This document shows, in pieces, positions 6,785 to 16,693 of a DNA stretch of 64,000 nucleotides. The notes beneath the pieces were generated by a model that saw nothing but the letters and a program-made list of their open reading frames with translations, was not told the DNA's origin and ran no database searches. Source of the stretch: a virus; IMG/VR virus record IMGVR_UViG_3300027710_000025, positions 7,314 through 71,313 of that record; one strand, written 5' to 3'. Each line of letters opens with the position of its first letter. The stretch's first letter is position 1. The position numbers and the translations under genes are program-made.

Positions 6785-8258
6785 AGCAGAGTGTGTGATC
6801 TTATGGAGTGATCAAAGCTGGACAGATCAGTCTAATGAGATCAGCAGATCGCTGAATGCGGGCTATCAAAAGAGCCTGGGTCCCTATTTGATCAGCAGTG
6901 CATTAAGGGATCAGGGCTATGCTACTCAAGTGGTTAATATCAGCTACATGACCTGGGATCAGCTGTGGGCACAGGTAGAACCCCTATTGGATCGAGATAC
7001 ACTGTGGGTAGGAGTCAGCACTACATTTGCCGTTAGAGGCCTGTTTGGGCTGATGACCCTGAAATCGGATTGGCGACAGATCATGCAGTTCATGGCCCGT
7101 GTACGCACAGTGAGTCCCCGGTGTCAGTTTGCCGCTGGTGGCTACTTCTCGGGAGTATGGACTAAATTGGGCTGGTGGGTGTTTAAAAATCACAGTGACG
7201 AAAGCATACTAGCGTGGACAGATCATTTGGCCGGCAAGAACCCCTTATGGACCCATACCAATCGCATCATAGAGGGCAATCATAACGAGTTGTTTAAGAC
7301 TCGTGTACACACATGGCACGATGTAAGTCGGGGTGAAGCCCTGCCCTTGGAGATCAGCAGGGGATGCAGATTCAAGTGTGCGTTCTGTAGGTTTAGCCTA
7401 AATGGCCGGGCCAAGAACGATTATCTACGTGACCCCCAGTGTATTAGGCGAGAGCTGGAGTCAAACTACGCACAATGGGGTACCACACGCTATACCCTAG
7501 CAGATGACACTTTTAACGAAAGCACAGAAAAGCTGGAAGCCATATGGCTAGCAGTAAAAGACCTTGAGTTCAGGGTCAGCTTCTCTGCATACATACGTGC
7601 TGACCTATTGGAAAGCCACCCTGAGCAGATTAGCTTGTTACGTGATCTGGGCATTGAGAACGCTATGTTTGGCATAGAGAGCTTGAACCCCCGCAACGGG
7701 CCCATAATTGGCAAAGCCCGTGACCCCCAGCGTACCATAGACTTTATTGCAGAGCTGAGAACCCAACACTGGCCCGGCGTGGGTCTGCACTCGGGATTCA
7801 TATTGGGACTGCCCTGGGATCGACCTGAGTCCTCGGGTGCTGAGCTAGCAGAATGGGCTGTGAGTGAACAATGCCCCCTGCACAGTGTCAGCATAGAATC
7901 ACTGAACATCATACGTCCCGCATGGCGTAAGTTCTGGAGCGAAAACAACACCCTGAGCCTGTTTGATGCCGATGCCGAGAAGTATGGGTATCTGTGGCTA
8001 GACCCCCGTGAGCAAGAGTGGACTAACAGTAATACGGGTATGAGTTTAACACAGGCCTATTTGGACAGCTACCGTGCTATGGAGAAGATCTACCATCATG
8101 CTGATCAGCATAGGGTAGCGGGTTTTGCATTTAACCGATTCATTAATTTGGGCATACCCGAGTCAGTGTTGACTACCCAGACCATCAAGCAGATCAGCCA
8201 GCAGTGGGATTTACCCGAACTGACTCGGCAGCGTCATTGGCTTTGCTCTAGCTCTTGA
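6777..8258 (+). CDS. B12-binding-domain radical SAM enzyme
   Basis: EISRGCRFKCAFC (CxxxCxxC), DDTFN, FGIES, GFILGLP; N-terminal cobalamin-binding-like domain. Confidence 0.85.
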   Translation: MPKAECVILWSDQSWTDQSNEISRSLNAGYQKSLGPYLISSALRDQGYATQVVNISYMTWDQLWAQVEPLLDRDTLWVGVSTTFAVRGLFGLMTLKSDWRQIMQFMARVRTVSPRCQFAAGGYFSGVWTKLGWWVFKNHSDESILAWTDHLAGKNPLWTHTNRIIEGNHNELFKTRVHTWHDVSRGEALPLEISRGCRFKCAFCRFSLNGRAKNDYLRDPQCIRRELESNYAQWGTTRYTLADDTFNESTEKLEAIWLAVKDLEFRVSFSAYIRADLLESHPEQISLLRDLGIENAMFGIESLNPRNGPIIGKARDPQRTIDFIAELRTQHWPGVGLHSGFILGLPWDRPESSGAELAEWAVSEQCPLHSVSIESLNIIRPAWRKFWSENNTLSLFDADAEKYGYLWLDPREQEWTNSNTGMSLTQAYLDSYRAMEKIYHHADQHRVAGFAFNRFINLGIPESVLTTQTIKQISQQWDLPELTRQRHWLCSSS

Positions 8259-8383
8259 ATAGCCACTTGCAGTTGAAATATGTTGGCCAACAGTTCTGCA
8301 CTGGGCTCTTGATTGTATGCTAATTGCAGTTCGGCTAGATTAGTCTGTAACATCAGTAAATGAGTTTGATTTTTTGTGTCCAT
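8234..8383 (-). CDS. small helical protein (49 aa), probably leaderless
   Basis: TAAATA 5 nt before the ATG. Confidence 0.45.
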   Translation of the reverse strand: MDTKNQTHLLMLQTNLAELQLAYNQEPSAELLANIFQLQVAIQELEQSQ

Positions 8384-8420
8384 GCAGATATTTATTTGGT
8401 AAATACGCAGGGAGATAATA

Positions 8421-8609
8421 ATGGCAGGATTCTTTTCAGGTACAGGTAACACCAGTGAGTTAGGCAGAGTAGCTCGTGCTCTGTATGGCTACGGCTTGGG
8501 CACACAGGTAGGCTTGTACTCGCCCTGCTGGACTTACTACGGGGGCGGGGCCAGTAACGTGCAACTCAGTGCGTCATTCGCTGGACGCTATTATCCCGGT
8601 TCTTACTAA
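8421..8609 (+). CDS. small Gly/Tyr/Ser-rich protein, probably virion-associated
   Basis: 62 aa; TAAATA at 8400 and GGAG SD. Confidence 0.7.
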   Translation: MAGFFSGTGNTSELGRVARALYGYGLGTQVGLYSPCWTYYGGGASNVQLSASFAGRYYPGSY

Positions 8610-8667
8610 TCAAGAACTTATCTAACAGTTAACTTGGGCGTTAAATACACCAAAGGAGACTCTATCC

Positions 8668-9174
8668 ATGGATATGACAATTGTGACTCGACTATTATCG
8701 GGTCAATGCACTAAACAAACTCGCTGGGAATTCGTTAATTTTGTTCTAGAAGAACACGGTGAATTTAAAGGTCGTGCTGCCCAGGCAGTATTAGCACGCC
8801 GCAGACAAATACAAGACCTATTAGAACACACTGCCCAAGCAAGCCTACGTACTGATCTAGTCAATGAAGCTGTTCAGCTAGATGAATGGTTGGATCGGCA
8901 CACTGAACAAGAGCTTGCAGACATGCTGGCCACTATTGAAGATCAGGAAGCTGACTATTGGGCAGAGCGTCTAGGGCGTGAAGCTGCTGTGGATCTAATG
9001 AGCCAGGGCAAAGTCAGCAAAGAAGTTATGAGCCGTGCAGTATTACTCAGCGAAGAAGGCTATCGAAAATTTGCTGAAACTTGCGGCAGTATCAGCTACG
9101 TGATCAGCACTACTTCTAAAGAAGTAGAGATGTCTCAGGGCTATGCCACAATGCCAGAGGGTATGCCAAGATGA
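8668..9174 (+). CDS. hypothetical helical protein
   Basis: 168 aa; TAAATA and AAGGAG SD. Confidence 0.75.
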   Translation: MDMTIVTRLLSGQCTKQTRWEFVNFVLEEHGEFKGRAAQAVLARRRQIQDLLEHTAQASLRTDLVNEAVQLDEWLDRHTEQELADMLATIEDQEADYWAERLGREAAVDLMSQGKVSKEVMSRAVLLSEEGYRKFAETCGSISYVISTTSKEVEMSQGYATMPEGMPR

Positions 9175-9911
9175 GCTTACTTAAGAAAGCACTCAAGACT
9201 CAGTCCCATACACCTGCGGCTGACACAGAACAAACCGCCGCACCTGCGGAAAAACGTGAGTCAAAACCTGTATCAGATAAAGAAATTCGTCTAGCAGTAT
9301 GTGTACCCTGCAGAGAAATGATACATTCAGTGTTCAGCCACAACCTACATAGTCTATTGAACTATAATTGGAACAAGGGCATTGATACCAAAGTGTTTTA
9401 CAATATGGGCACCCTGTTGCAAAATCAACGCGAAAGCCTAGTCAGTGCTGCTCGTAGTTGGGCAGCTACTCATATCTTATGGTTAGACTCAGATATGAGC
9501 TTTCCGTTCTATACAGCCTACAAACTGTTAGATCACGATCAGCCTATTGTGGCGGGCAACTATGTTACTCGTCAGATGCCCTACAAAACTGTGGCCTATA
9601 CTGAAATTGGGGGAAACTGGGATCAGTTCCTCAAACACAACAAAGACACCGCTATCAGCAAAGATCTATTAGAAGTAGAAGCAATGGGCATGGGCTGTAT
9701 GCTGACTGATATCACAGTGTTTGACAAATTGCAGCATCCTTACTTTCCTGTAACTTGGAGCCCGGAGTCACAAGATTATCTAGGTGAAGACATTAATTTC
9801 TGTACTGCTGCTCGTGCAGCTGGTTATAAAATTCAAGTAGATGATATATTAAGTCGCCAGCTAACACATATTGGTGCATTTGCGTTTGGACACGATCTAG
9901 TACAAAATTAA
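9171..9911 (+). CDS. GT-A (GT2-like) glycosyltransferase
   Basis: ILWLDSDM (DxD), GMGCML, GEDINFC motifs. Confidence 0.8.
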   Translation: MSLLKKALKTQSHTPAADTEQTAAPAEKRESKPVSDKEIRLAVCVPCREMIHSVFSHNLHSLLNYNWNKGIDTKVFYNMGTLLQNQRESLVSAARSWAATHILWLDSDMSFPFYTAYKLLDHDQPIVAGNYVTRQMPYKTVAYTEIGGNWDQFLKHNKDTAISKDLLEVEAMGMGCMLTDITVFDKLQHPYFPVTWSPESQDYLGEDINFCTAARAAGYKIQVDDILSRQLTHIGAFAFGHDLVQN

Positions 9912-9951
9912 ATTATAAATAACAAGTTACATTTAATTTAGGAATTTATCT

Positions 9952-10803
9952 ATGGCCGGCTCAGGAGTCTTTCCAAAAACAGCTTCACTTGATATTATAT
10001 ATCAAGGCGACTATAACACTATTCAATCTACCATCAACGGAGTATTGAGTACTTATTATGGGCAGACTCCTCTCAGCAGTCAAATATCGGCTAATCCTGT
10101 GATCGCAGCACCTGCGTGGGATAATCTACGTTTAGATATCAACAAGTGCTACAAACATATCACTAATACAGATAGTACCATTCTTGATGTTGATCCTCAA
10201 GACATTATCCTAGCAGGTGATGCCAACGCTTATAAGGTCGCTGCTGACTATTGTGAAACAAACAAGGCCACTGTGGCTGCTGGGCAATTAACTTCCAATG
10301 TTAACTCAAATTCTAGTAGTGCAACTTGGAACGGAATTCGTATCTTCAAGACAACTTATAGTTGGACTGGTGCAGACGCAGCTAATTATTGGTTCAATTT
10401 GGGTGGCAGTTTTGTAGTGGCCATAGATGGATCAAATGGTCTTGGCACTGCAAAAGATAACATGTGGCTGACTATTATAAACTCAATGCCCGATCAGACT
10501 TACAGTAATACCCAGTGGGATGCAGGTGCAAGCATTGATCTTATTTCTTATGGCACTATCGGATCAGTCTACTCCGAAAACTATGCCAGGATTGAGATTC
10601 AAAAAATCAGTGCTACGCAATTAGATGTAACTGTCACACTCAATGACGCGGATACGGGTGACCAACAAAATGCTAGTCCAACTCCGGGTCTTCCGGTTGA
10701 TGAAAACGTCGATGTTGACGTGTCTGCTAGCGTCACTAGATACAGCAGCTTTGACAGCATTGTTGCACCAGCAGTTACAGTAACTCCTGTTTCTAACTTC
10801 TAA
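9952..10803 (+). CDS. putative virion structural protein
   Basis: S/T/N/G-rich beta protein; TATAAATA at 9914-9921. Confidence 0.6.
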   Translation: MAGSGVFPKTASLDIIYQGDYNTIQSTINGVLSTYYGQTPLSSQISANPVIAAPAWDNLRLDINKCYKHITNTDSTILDVDPQDIILAGDANAYKVAADYCETNKATVAAGQLTSNVNSNSSSATWNGIRIFKTTYSWTGADAANYWFNLGGSFVVAIDGSNGLGTAKDNMWLTIINSMPDQTYSNTQWDAGASIDLISYGTIGSVYSENYARIEIQKISATQLDVTVTLNDADTGDQQNASPTPGLPVDENVDVDVSASVTRYSSFDSIVAPAVTVTPVSNF

Positions 10804-10848
10804 TTCAAGATTAGTTCCCAACAGCTAATTTTTAAGATAATTAGCTGT

Positions 10849-11187
10849 ATGGAAACACTTGATCAACAATTAGAAGCGGCACTGAGTTTTGCCCAATATC
10901 AAACAACTCTTAATCAACAACGTCGGCTGCTAAAAGAACAGTTCGAAACAGACACTGTAGTGGCCTATAATGGTGGACTGTTTAAAGTAACACAAGAATG
11001 GCTAGCTAGCATTGACAAAGAATCAAATTGGATACTAGATATGAATCGTAATCCAGTTATGATTGCCAACCCTAATGAGCTTTATGAACTGGCTCGAACT
11101 GCTTATCAAACAGCACTAGCCGAATATGGCGATGCATATCAGCAACTTCGTCGCCAGCGTAGTGTTAAATCCTTAACTGATCTATGA
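10849..11187 (+). CDS. hypothetical protein
   Basis: 112-aa ORF, first gene of a long coupled operon. Confidence 0.75.
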   Translation: METLDQQLEAALSFAQYQTTLNQQRRLLKEQFETDTVVAYNGGLFKVTQEWLASIDKESNWILDMNRNPVMIANPNELYELARTAYQTALAEYGDAYQQLRRQRSVKSLTDL

Positions 11188-11987
11188 GCAAGGGTGTATT
11201 ACTTTTTGCACACAATAACGAGCAAGTGGACTACGGGCTCATGGCCTATTGGTGTGCTACTAGGGTAACTAAACATTTAGGAGTCGGTGTAACATTAGTT
11301 ACAGACTCGGCCACTGTTGGCGGACTTGATACTAATGTTGTAGGATGGCGTAGTGCTTTTGAATATGTTATCATTCAAGAAAGCCATGCTACACAGACCA
11401 AGCGGTATGGTAGTGTTACTAATCAATTAACATTCCATAACTTAGATCGCATAGATGCTTACTCACTTACTCCTTACGATGAAACAATAGTAATGGATAC
11501 TGATATTGTGATTCAAACCTCCGCATTGTCTAAATTGTGGGGATCTGAGAATGACTTTGTGGTATGTGATTGCAGTACTGACCTGTACGGACAAACAACA
11601 GATGAATTTAAATGGGTAAGTGATCGAAGTATTAAATTCTACTGGGCTACTATATTCTACTTTAAGCGGACTGAATCTGCTGAATTGTTTTTTGATGTTT
11701 GCAAATGGTGTAAGGTAAACTATAGATGGCTCAGTCATGTATACGAACTTCCAGCCGGCCCTATACGGAATGACTTCATTTGGAGCATAGCCTTACATAC
11801 ATTAAATCATTCAGCACCTACAATACCGCACAACCTACTACACAGTAATTTTGAAGATAGATTATTAGATATGTCGGATACCGCTGTTAAATTTTTAACA
11901 CCTACAGGACTATGCAAGGTTAACGCAGATGTACATGTGTTTAACAAATTTGATTTATTAGAACAAATCAACAAGGAGTTAGTATGA
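11184..11987 (+). CDS. GT-A (GT8-like) glycosyltransferase
   Basis: LTPYDETIVMDTD (DxD). Confidence 0.7.
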   Translation: MSKGVLLFAHNNEQVDYGLMAYWCATRVTKHLGVGVTLVTDSATVGGLDTNVVGWRSAFEYVIIQESHATQTKRYGSVTNQLTFHNLDRIDAYSLTPYDETIVMDTDIVIQTSALSKLWGSENDFVVCDCSTDLYGQTTDEFKWVSDRSIKFYWATIFYFKRTESAELFFDVCKWCKVNYRWLSHVYELPAGPIRNDFIWSIALHTLNHSAPTIPHNLLHSNFEDRLLDMSDTAVKFLTPTGLCKVNADVHVFNKFDLLEQINKELV

Positions 11988-12760
11988 CTAAAGGTTATCT
12001 AGTTATGGCCCAAGGCGAACAGTATGCTAGACAAGCAGAAGCATTAGCGAAGAGTATATCGTCTACACAGTCTTGCATTAGTCGTCTAAGTGTTATTACT
12101 GATCAAGAAGTTGATCATAGTTTATTTGATCAAGTAATCGCATTGCCTGTTGACCTTGCACCTGATGCTAAATGGAAAATTGAAAACCGTGTTCAGTTTT
12201 ATGATCTAACTCCGTATGATGAAACAGTCATATTAGACAGTGATATGCTATTCTTATCGGACGTTAGTCATTGGTGGACACATTTAGACAAGTACGAATT
12301 ATTATTAACTGACAAGGTAAAAACATATAGGGGAGAATGGGTGGGTGCAAATAATCCTTATCGATTTGCTTTTACAATTCACAAGCTGCCTAATGTATAT
12401 TCTGCATTCACTTACTTTAAAAAGACCCAGTTGACTGCTGAGTTCTTTACATTAATAAAACAGATTGTACTAAATTGGGATACATGGATTTATAGATACA
12501 CTCCAGATTATATACAAAAGTCTCCTTCTATTGATCTTGCAATGGCTATTGCAGTTGACATCATGGGAATAAATGAAGAAGTTATTAGCAAAGAACAATT
12601 TCCTACATTTACCCACATGAAAGGAAAAATACAAGGATGGAGAAGTGGAGTCGACGATTGGACTGCTGTCGTCGATACTTACTATTCAGAAGACGGATTA
12701 CGATTAAACTCTCACCTCCAGACTGGAATACTACATTATGTTAAGAAAGATTTTGTATGA
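11984..12760 (+). CDS. GT-A (GT8-like) glycosyltransferase, paralog of the upstream gene
   Basis: LTPYDETVILDSD, FTHMK, LHYVKK. Confidence 0.7.
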   Translation: MTKGYLVMAQGEQYARQAEALAKSISSTQSCISRLSVITDQEVDHSLFDQVIALPVDLAPDAKWKIENRVQFYDLTPYDETVILDSDMLFLSDVSHWWTHLDKYELLLTDKVKTYRGEWVGANNPYRFAFTIHKLPNVYSAFTYFKKTQLTAEFFTLIKQIVLNWDTWIYRYTPDYIQKSPSIDLAMAIAVDIMGINEEVISKEQFPTFTHMKGKIQGWRSGVDDWTAVVDTYYSEDGLRLNSHLQTGILHYVKKDFV

Positions 12761-13302
12761 TTGTATATTATGATCCAGAGAATGGAAATCTATTAGGAAT
12801 GTCTTATAAGATTGATCCTGCAAAAACACAACACCATTTTGAAACGTTTGATCCTATTGCAGAAAAGATATTTCTAGGACAAGAAAAAATAACAAGATAT
12901 TATGCAGTTGTTAAATCGGGACCTTCTCGGCAAGGTTTTTTAAAATTAAAACACTCTAACAATTCTAATATCAATAATAATAAAAATAGAATTGTTAAAA
13001 TTAAACAAAATTTAGATTCTGCTGAACTAACTGTTGCTCAAGATACTGTGACAAAAACAGTAACGCTGAGTATCCTACCATCTACTCTGGCATGGTGGGA
13101 ATTAGACCAGTTTTACTCTAAGAAAAAATGTATAATAGTTGCATGTGCGTTGAATAATCCGTTTGTGCCTTATTGGTCTAAATCTTTTAGCTATACAGAC
13201 TTTGAGACTGATATTGTTATTCCGTATACGGGCTCTGATAACATAACTTTTTATACCACTAGACTATTTGATTCATATAAACATGAAGTTAAACCTATCT
13301 GA
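12757..13302 (+). CDS. hypothetical protein
   Basis: 181 aa, translationally coupled. Confidence 0.7.
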   Translation: MIVYYDPENGNLLGMSYKIDPAKTQHHFETFDPIAEKIFLGQEKITRYYAVVKSGPSRQGFLKLKHSNNSNINNNKNRIVKIKQNLDSAELTVAQDTVTKTVTLSILPSTLAWWELDQFYSKKKCIIVACALNNPFVPYWSKSFSYTDFETDIVIPYTGSDNITFYTTRLFDSYKHEVKPI

Positions 13303-14206
13303 AATAGACTGCATCTTTCTAAGCTACGATGAACCAAATGCTGATAAGAACTGGGCAGACTTATTAAACAAAGCACCTTGGGCTAAACGTGTTCACGGAG
13401 TTAAAGGCAGCGATGCTGCTCACAAAGCCTGTGCCGCATTAAGCGAAACAGATCAGTTTATTACGGTAGATGCAGACAACATTGTTGATGCAGAATTCTT
13501 TAACATATCAATTGATACAGATAAGTTACCTAAAAAAGAGCAGACACAATTAAGTTGGGCAGGCCGTAATACTATCAATGGATTAGTCTATGGCAATGGT
13601 GGATTGAAATGCTGGACTAAGGACTTCGTGTTGAATATGCGAACACACGAAGATGCAGACACAGGCACTAACCAAGTAGACTTCTGCTGGCAAGACAATT
13701 ATGTGCAAATGGCTGACTGCTATTCTACTGTGCATAATAATGCCAGCTCATTACAAGCATGGCGTGCAGGTTTCCGTGAAGGAGTTAAGATGACACTTAA
13801 TCGAGGACTACGACAAGAGCTGTTACATCCAAAACGTCAACTAGGAGATAGAAACTATCGTAGATTGATAATGTGGTGTTCGGTAGGACAAGATGTAGCA
13901 AACGGAATTTGGGCTATTCACGGTGCAAGACTAGGCTGCTATATGACCAATTGCACTGATTGGGACTATATACAGGTTAGAGATTTTGAATACCTAACAG
14001 AATACTTTAATAATAATGTTGCTAATTTGTCTGAGGAGATGTTACAATCTAGTAGTGTCACTCTCGGCAACGACTTACGATCTAAATTGAATTTACCAGT
14101 TGCAGACTTAGATGCTACGCAGAGCAAGTTCTTTAAGGAAGTTTGGATCAATCCCTCTAGGACAAACACCGCACTTACCGAACGAGAAGTTACCTGGGAT
14201 TTATGA
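13283..14206 (+). CDS. GT-A-like putative glycosyltransferase
   Basis: FLSYDEPNA..RVHGVKG..AHKA..TVDADN (DxD)..AWRAGFRE. Confidence 0.65.
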   Translation: MKLNLSEIDCIFLSYDEPNADKNWADLLNKAPWAKRVHGVKGSDAAHKACAALSETDQFITVDADNIVDAEFFNISIDTDKLPKKEQTQLSWAGRNTINGLVYGNGGLKCWTKDFVLNMRTHEDADTGTNQVDFCWQDNYVQMADCYSTVHNNASSLQAWRAGFREGVKMTLNRGLRQELLHPKRQLGDRNYRRLIMWCSVGQDVANGIWAIHGARLGCYMTNCTDWDYIQVRDFEYLTEYFNNNVANLSEEMLQSSSVTLGNDLRSKLNLPVADLDATQSKFFKEVWINPSRTNTALTEREVTWDL

Positions 14207-15387
14207 TTATAATAGACAAAGATAAAGTACAGTCAGTTGCATGGAAGGATGATCCTGCCACTTATGATCAACGACTGCATCAACTAGGCCAGGGATTTGA
14301 TGAATTTATTATTGTCAATCCTATATTTGATGATTGGATACTAGACTATGTCAATACTGACTTATCGGCAGATCATTGTATCATGTGGACCAAGAAGGAC
14401 AAATGGATTGCTAAAAAGTTTAAAGGCACATGGACTCCTGCTGATGGATGGCGGGTAATTGAGTGTGACTTTAAAGTTGCAAAGGTAAATGAGTTCGATC
14501 TAGCAGAAGAGTTTAATCCTGACATTCCCGCCAACTTGTTCAAACCAATTACACAATCAATTGAACCAGAGGATTATAATTTAGAGCATGTGTGGTATCT
14601 AGATCCTAAGTACTTTCCCGGAGATAAGATTTGGGTTAAGAAAATACGTGCGTGTGAGCATCCTATGGGCATTAAGGATATGGGATATGTTACTCCCGAG
14701 ATACTTGACGAACTTGATGTAGTGTTTATAAGCTATGACGAATCTAACGCAGATGCTAATTGGAATAAAGTATTAAATCGAGTTCCTTTTGCACAACGAG
14801 TACACGGAGTCAAGGGAATATTTGAAGCACACAAGGCAGCAGCCGAACTAGCACAGACTGATATGTTTTGGGTAGTAGACGGTGATGCAGATTTGTTAGA
14901 TGATTGGCATTTCAATTATCAGCCAAACATATTCAATAGAGAGTGTGTGCATGTTTGGCCTAGCCGTAACGCAGTTAACGGTTTAGAATACGGATATGGG
15001 GGTGTAAAATTATTTCCTAGAAAACTATTGCTAGATGCACAGACATGGAATGTTGACTTGACTACTGGATTAGGTACAAAATTAAAAGTGATGAAACGAG
15101 TTAGCAACATTACTGCATTCAACACTGATCCTTTTAGCACATGGCGTAGTGCATTTAGAGAATGTGCTAAACTTGCCGCCGGCACTATTAAGAATCAGAT
15201 AGATGATGAAACTACGCTTAGATTAGACACTTGGTGCAGTGTGGCGTCGGGAGACTTTGGCGAGTTTGCAATCCTTGGAGCAACAGCAGGTAAACAATAC
15301 GGAGAAGAGCATAGATCAAACTCTACTGCGTTACGATTAATAAACAACCGTACATGGTTGAAAGAGAAATTCAATGAACAAATTTGA
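14203..15387 (+). CDS. GT-A-like putative glycosyltransferase with extra N-terminal domain
   Basis: C-terminal half is paralogous to the upstream gene (FISYDESNA..RVHGVKG..VVDGDA..WRSAFRE). Confidence 0.65.
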   Translation: MIIIDKDKVQSVAWKDDPATYDQRLHQLGQGFDEFIIVNPIFDDWILDYVNTDLSADHCIMWTKKDKWIAKKFKGTWTPADGWRVIECDFKVAKVNEFDLAEEFNPDIPANLFKPITQSIEPEDYNLEHVWYLDPKYFPGDKIWVKKIRACEHPMGIKDMGYVTPEILDELDVVFISYDESNADANWNKVLNRVPFAQRVHGVKGIFEAHKAAAELAQTDMFWVVDGDADLLDDWHFNYQPNIFNRECVHVWPSRNAVNGLEYGYGGVKLFPRKLLLDAQTWNVDLTTGLGTKLKVMKRVSNITAFNTDPFSTWRSAFRECAKLAAGTIKNQIDDETTLRLDTWCSVASGDFGEFAILGATAGKQYGEEHRSNSTALRLINNRTWLKEKFNEQI

Positions 15388-16693
15388 AAAAGATATAGAG
15401 CAGATAATGCCTACCTTCTGTGCTATACCCTTTGTTAGTATGGTAGTTAATACAGACGCAACCGTACAGCCCTGCTGTCTTATGCAACGCAATACACACA
15501 GGCTAAAAGATGCTAACGGAAAAGTACTTACCATAAATGAAAAATTGTCTGATTCATGGAATTCTAATGAAATGAAGTTTATTAGAACAGAGATGATATC
15601 TGGCAATAAATTAGTAGGATGTAATGTCTGCTACTTACAAGAAAGCAGTGGCCGCACCAGCAACCGTCAGTATGCTAATTCTGAATGGAGTAACAAACTA
15701 GGAGATAAGCATATGTTTGATCTAGTTGACAAAGCAGTGTTAACTGGTGGCGAACTTGATTACAGTCTTGCTTACTTAGATTTACGACTAGGTAATTTGT
15801 GTAATCTAAAATGTAGAATGTGTAGTCCTTTCAACAGTAGTCAGATTGCTAAAGAGCATATAGAATTAGAAAAGAAAGATCCGGAATATAAAGCAGTATG
15901 GGCAAAGAGTTTTGGTTTCTTTGACAAACGAATTAATGAAGTTCAATCCTGGTTTGAAAGAGATTTCTTGTGGGATCAAATCATTGATCTTATTCCTTCT
16001 TTAAAGAAAGTTTACATGACTGGAGGAGAGCCTACACTCATTCAGAACAACTTTAAATTTATGGAAGAATGTATCCGTAAAGGTCGCAGAGACATTGTAT
16101 TGTTCTTTAACACTAACTGCACTAATGTAAACAAGAAGTTCACTAGTCTAATCGGACAGTTTGGCAGAGTTAATATCAATGCCAGCATTGACGGTGTAGG
16201 TAGTGTGAACGATTATATTAGGAGTCCTAGCCATTGGGAACAGATTAATGGGAATGTAGAAACATTAGCACAAATGCCTAATGTTCATTTAGGAATAACT
16301 CCCACAGTACAGGTGTATAATGTGTTTAATCTTGTTGATACATTAAAATGGGTTGATCAGCTTAATTCCAAATATAAGAAAAGTATATTCGTTGACTTCT
16401 TAATAAATGTACATCCTGTTCATCTGTCTGTAACAATTCTACCAGACAGCATTAGGAACAAGGTAGCAAATGATTTAATAGAATACAAAAATACTTACTT
16501 AAACTCTCGTAGCCCTGAGTTAACAGTTAACAGTGTTAACGGCATTATAGGTTTATTGCAAAAACCAAGAGCAGCTGACTGGCAAGAGCAGCTGTCTCGA
16601 TTTAAAACTTATACACACTCATTAGATGTTGAAAGAGGTCAAAGCCTTAGATCTATCAGTGCAGAACTAGCGGACTTAATCAATGAAGAGTAA
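15374..16693 (+). CDS. radical SAM protein with N-terminal SPASM/twitch-like Cys domain
   Basis: CNLKCRMC, TGGEP, NTN, SIDG; N-terminal C..CC..CxxC. Confidence 0.88.
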   Translation: MNKFEKDIEQIMPTFCAIPFVSMVVNTDATVQPCCLMQRNTHRLKDANGKVLTINEKLSDSWNSNEMKFIRTEMISGNKLVGCNVCYLQESSGRTSNRQYANSEWSNKLGDKHMFDLVDKAVLTGGELDYSLAYLDLRLGNLCNLKCRMCSPFNSSQIAKEHIELEKKDPEYKAVWAKSFGFFDKRINEVQSWFERDFLWDQIIDLIPSLKKVYMTGGEPTLIQNNFKFMEECIRKGRRDIVLFFNTNCTNVNKKFTSLIGQFGRVNINASIDGVGSVNDYIRSPSHWEQINGNVETLAQMPNVHLGITPTVQVYNVFNLVDTLKWVDQLNSKYKKSIFVDFLINVHPVHLSVTILPDSIRNKVANDLIEYKNTYLNSRSPELTVNSVNGIIGLLQKPRAADWQEQLSRFKTYTHSLDVERGQSLRSISAELADLINEE

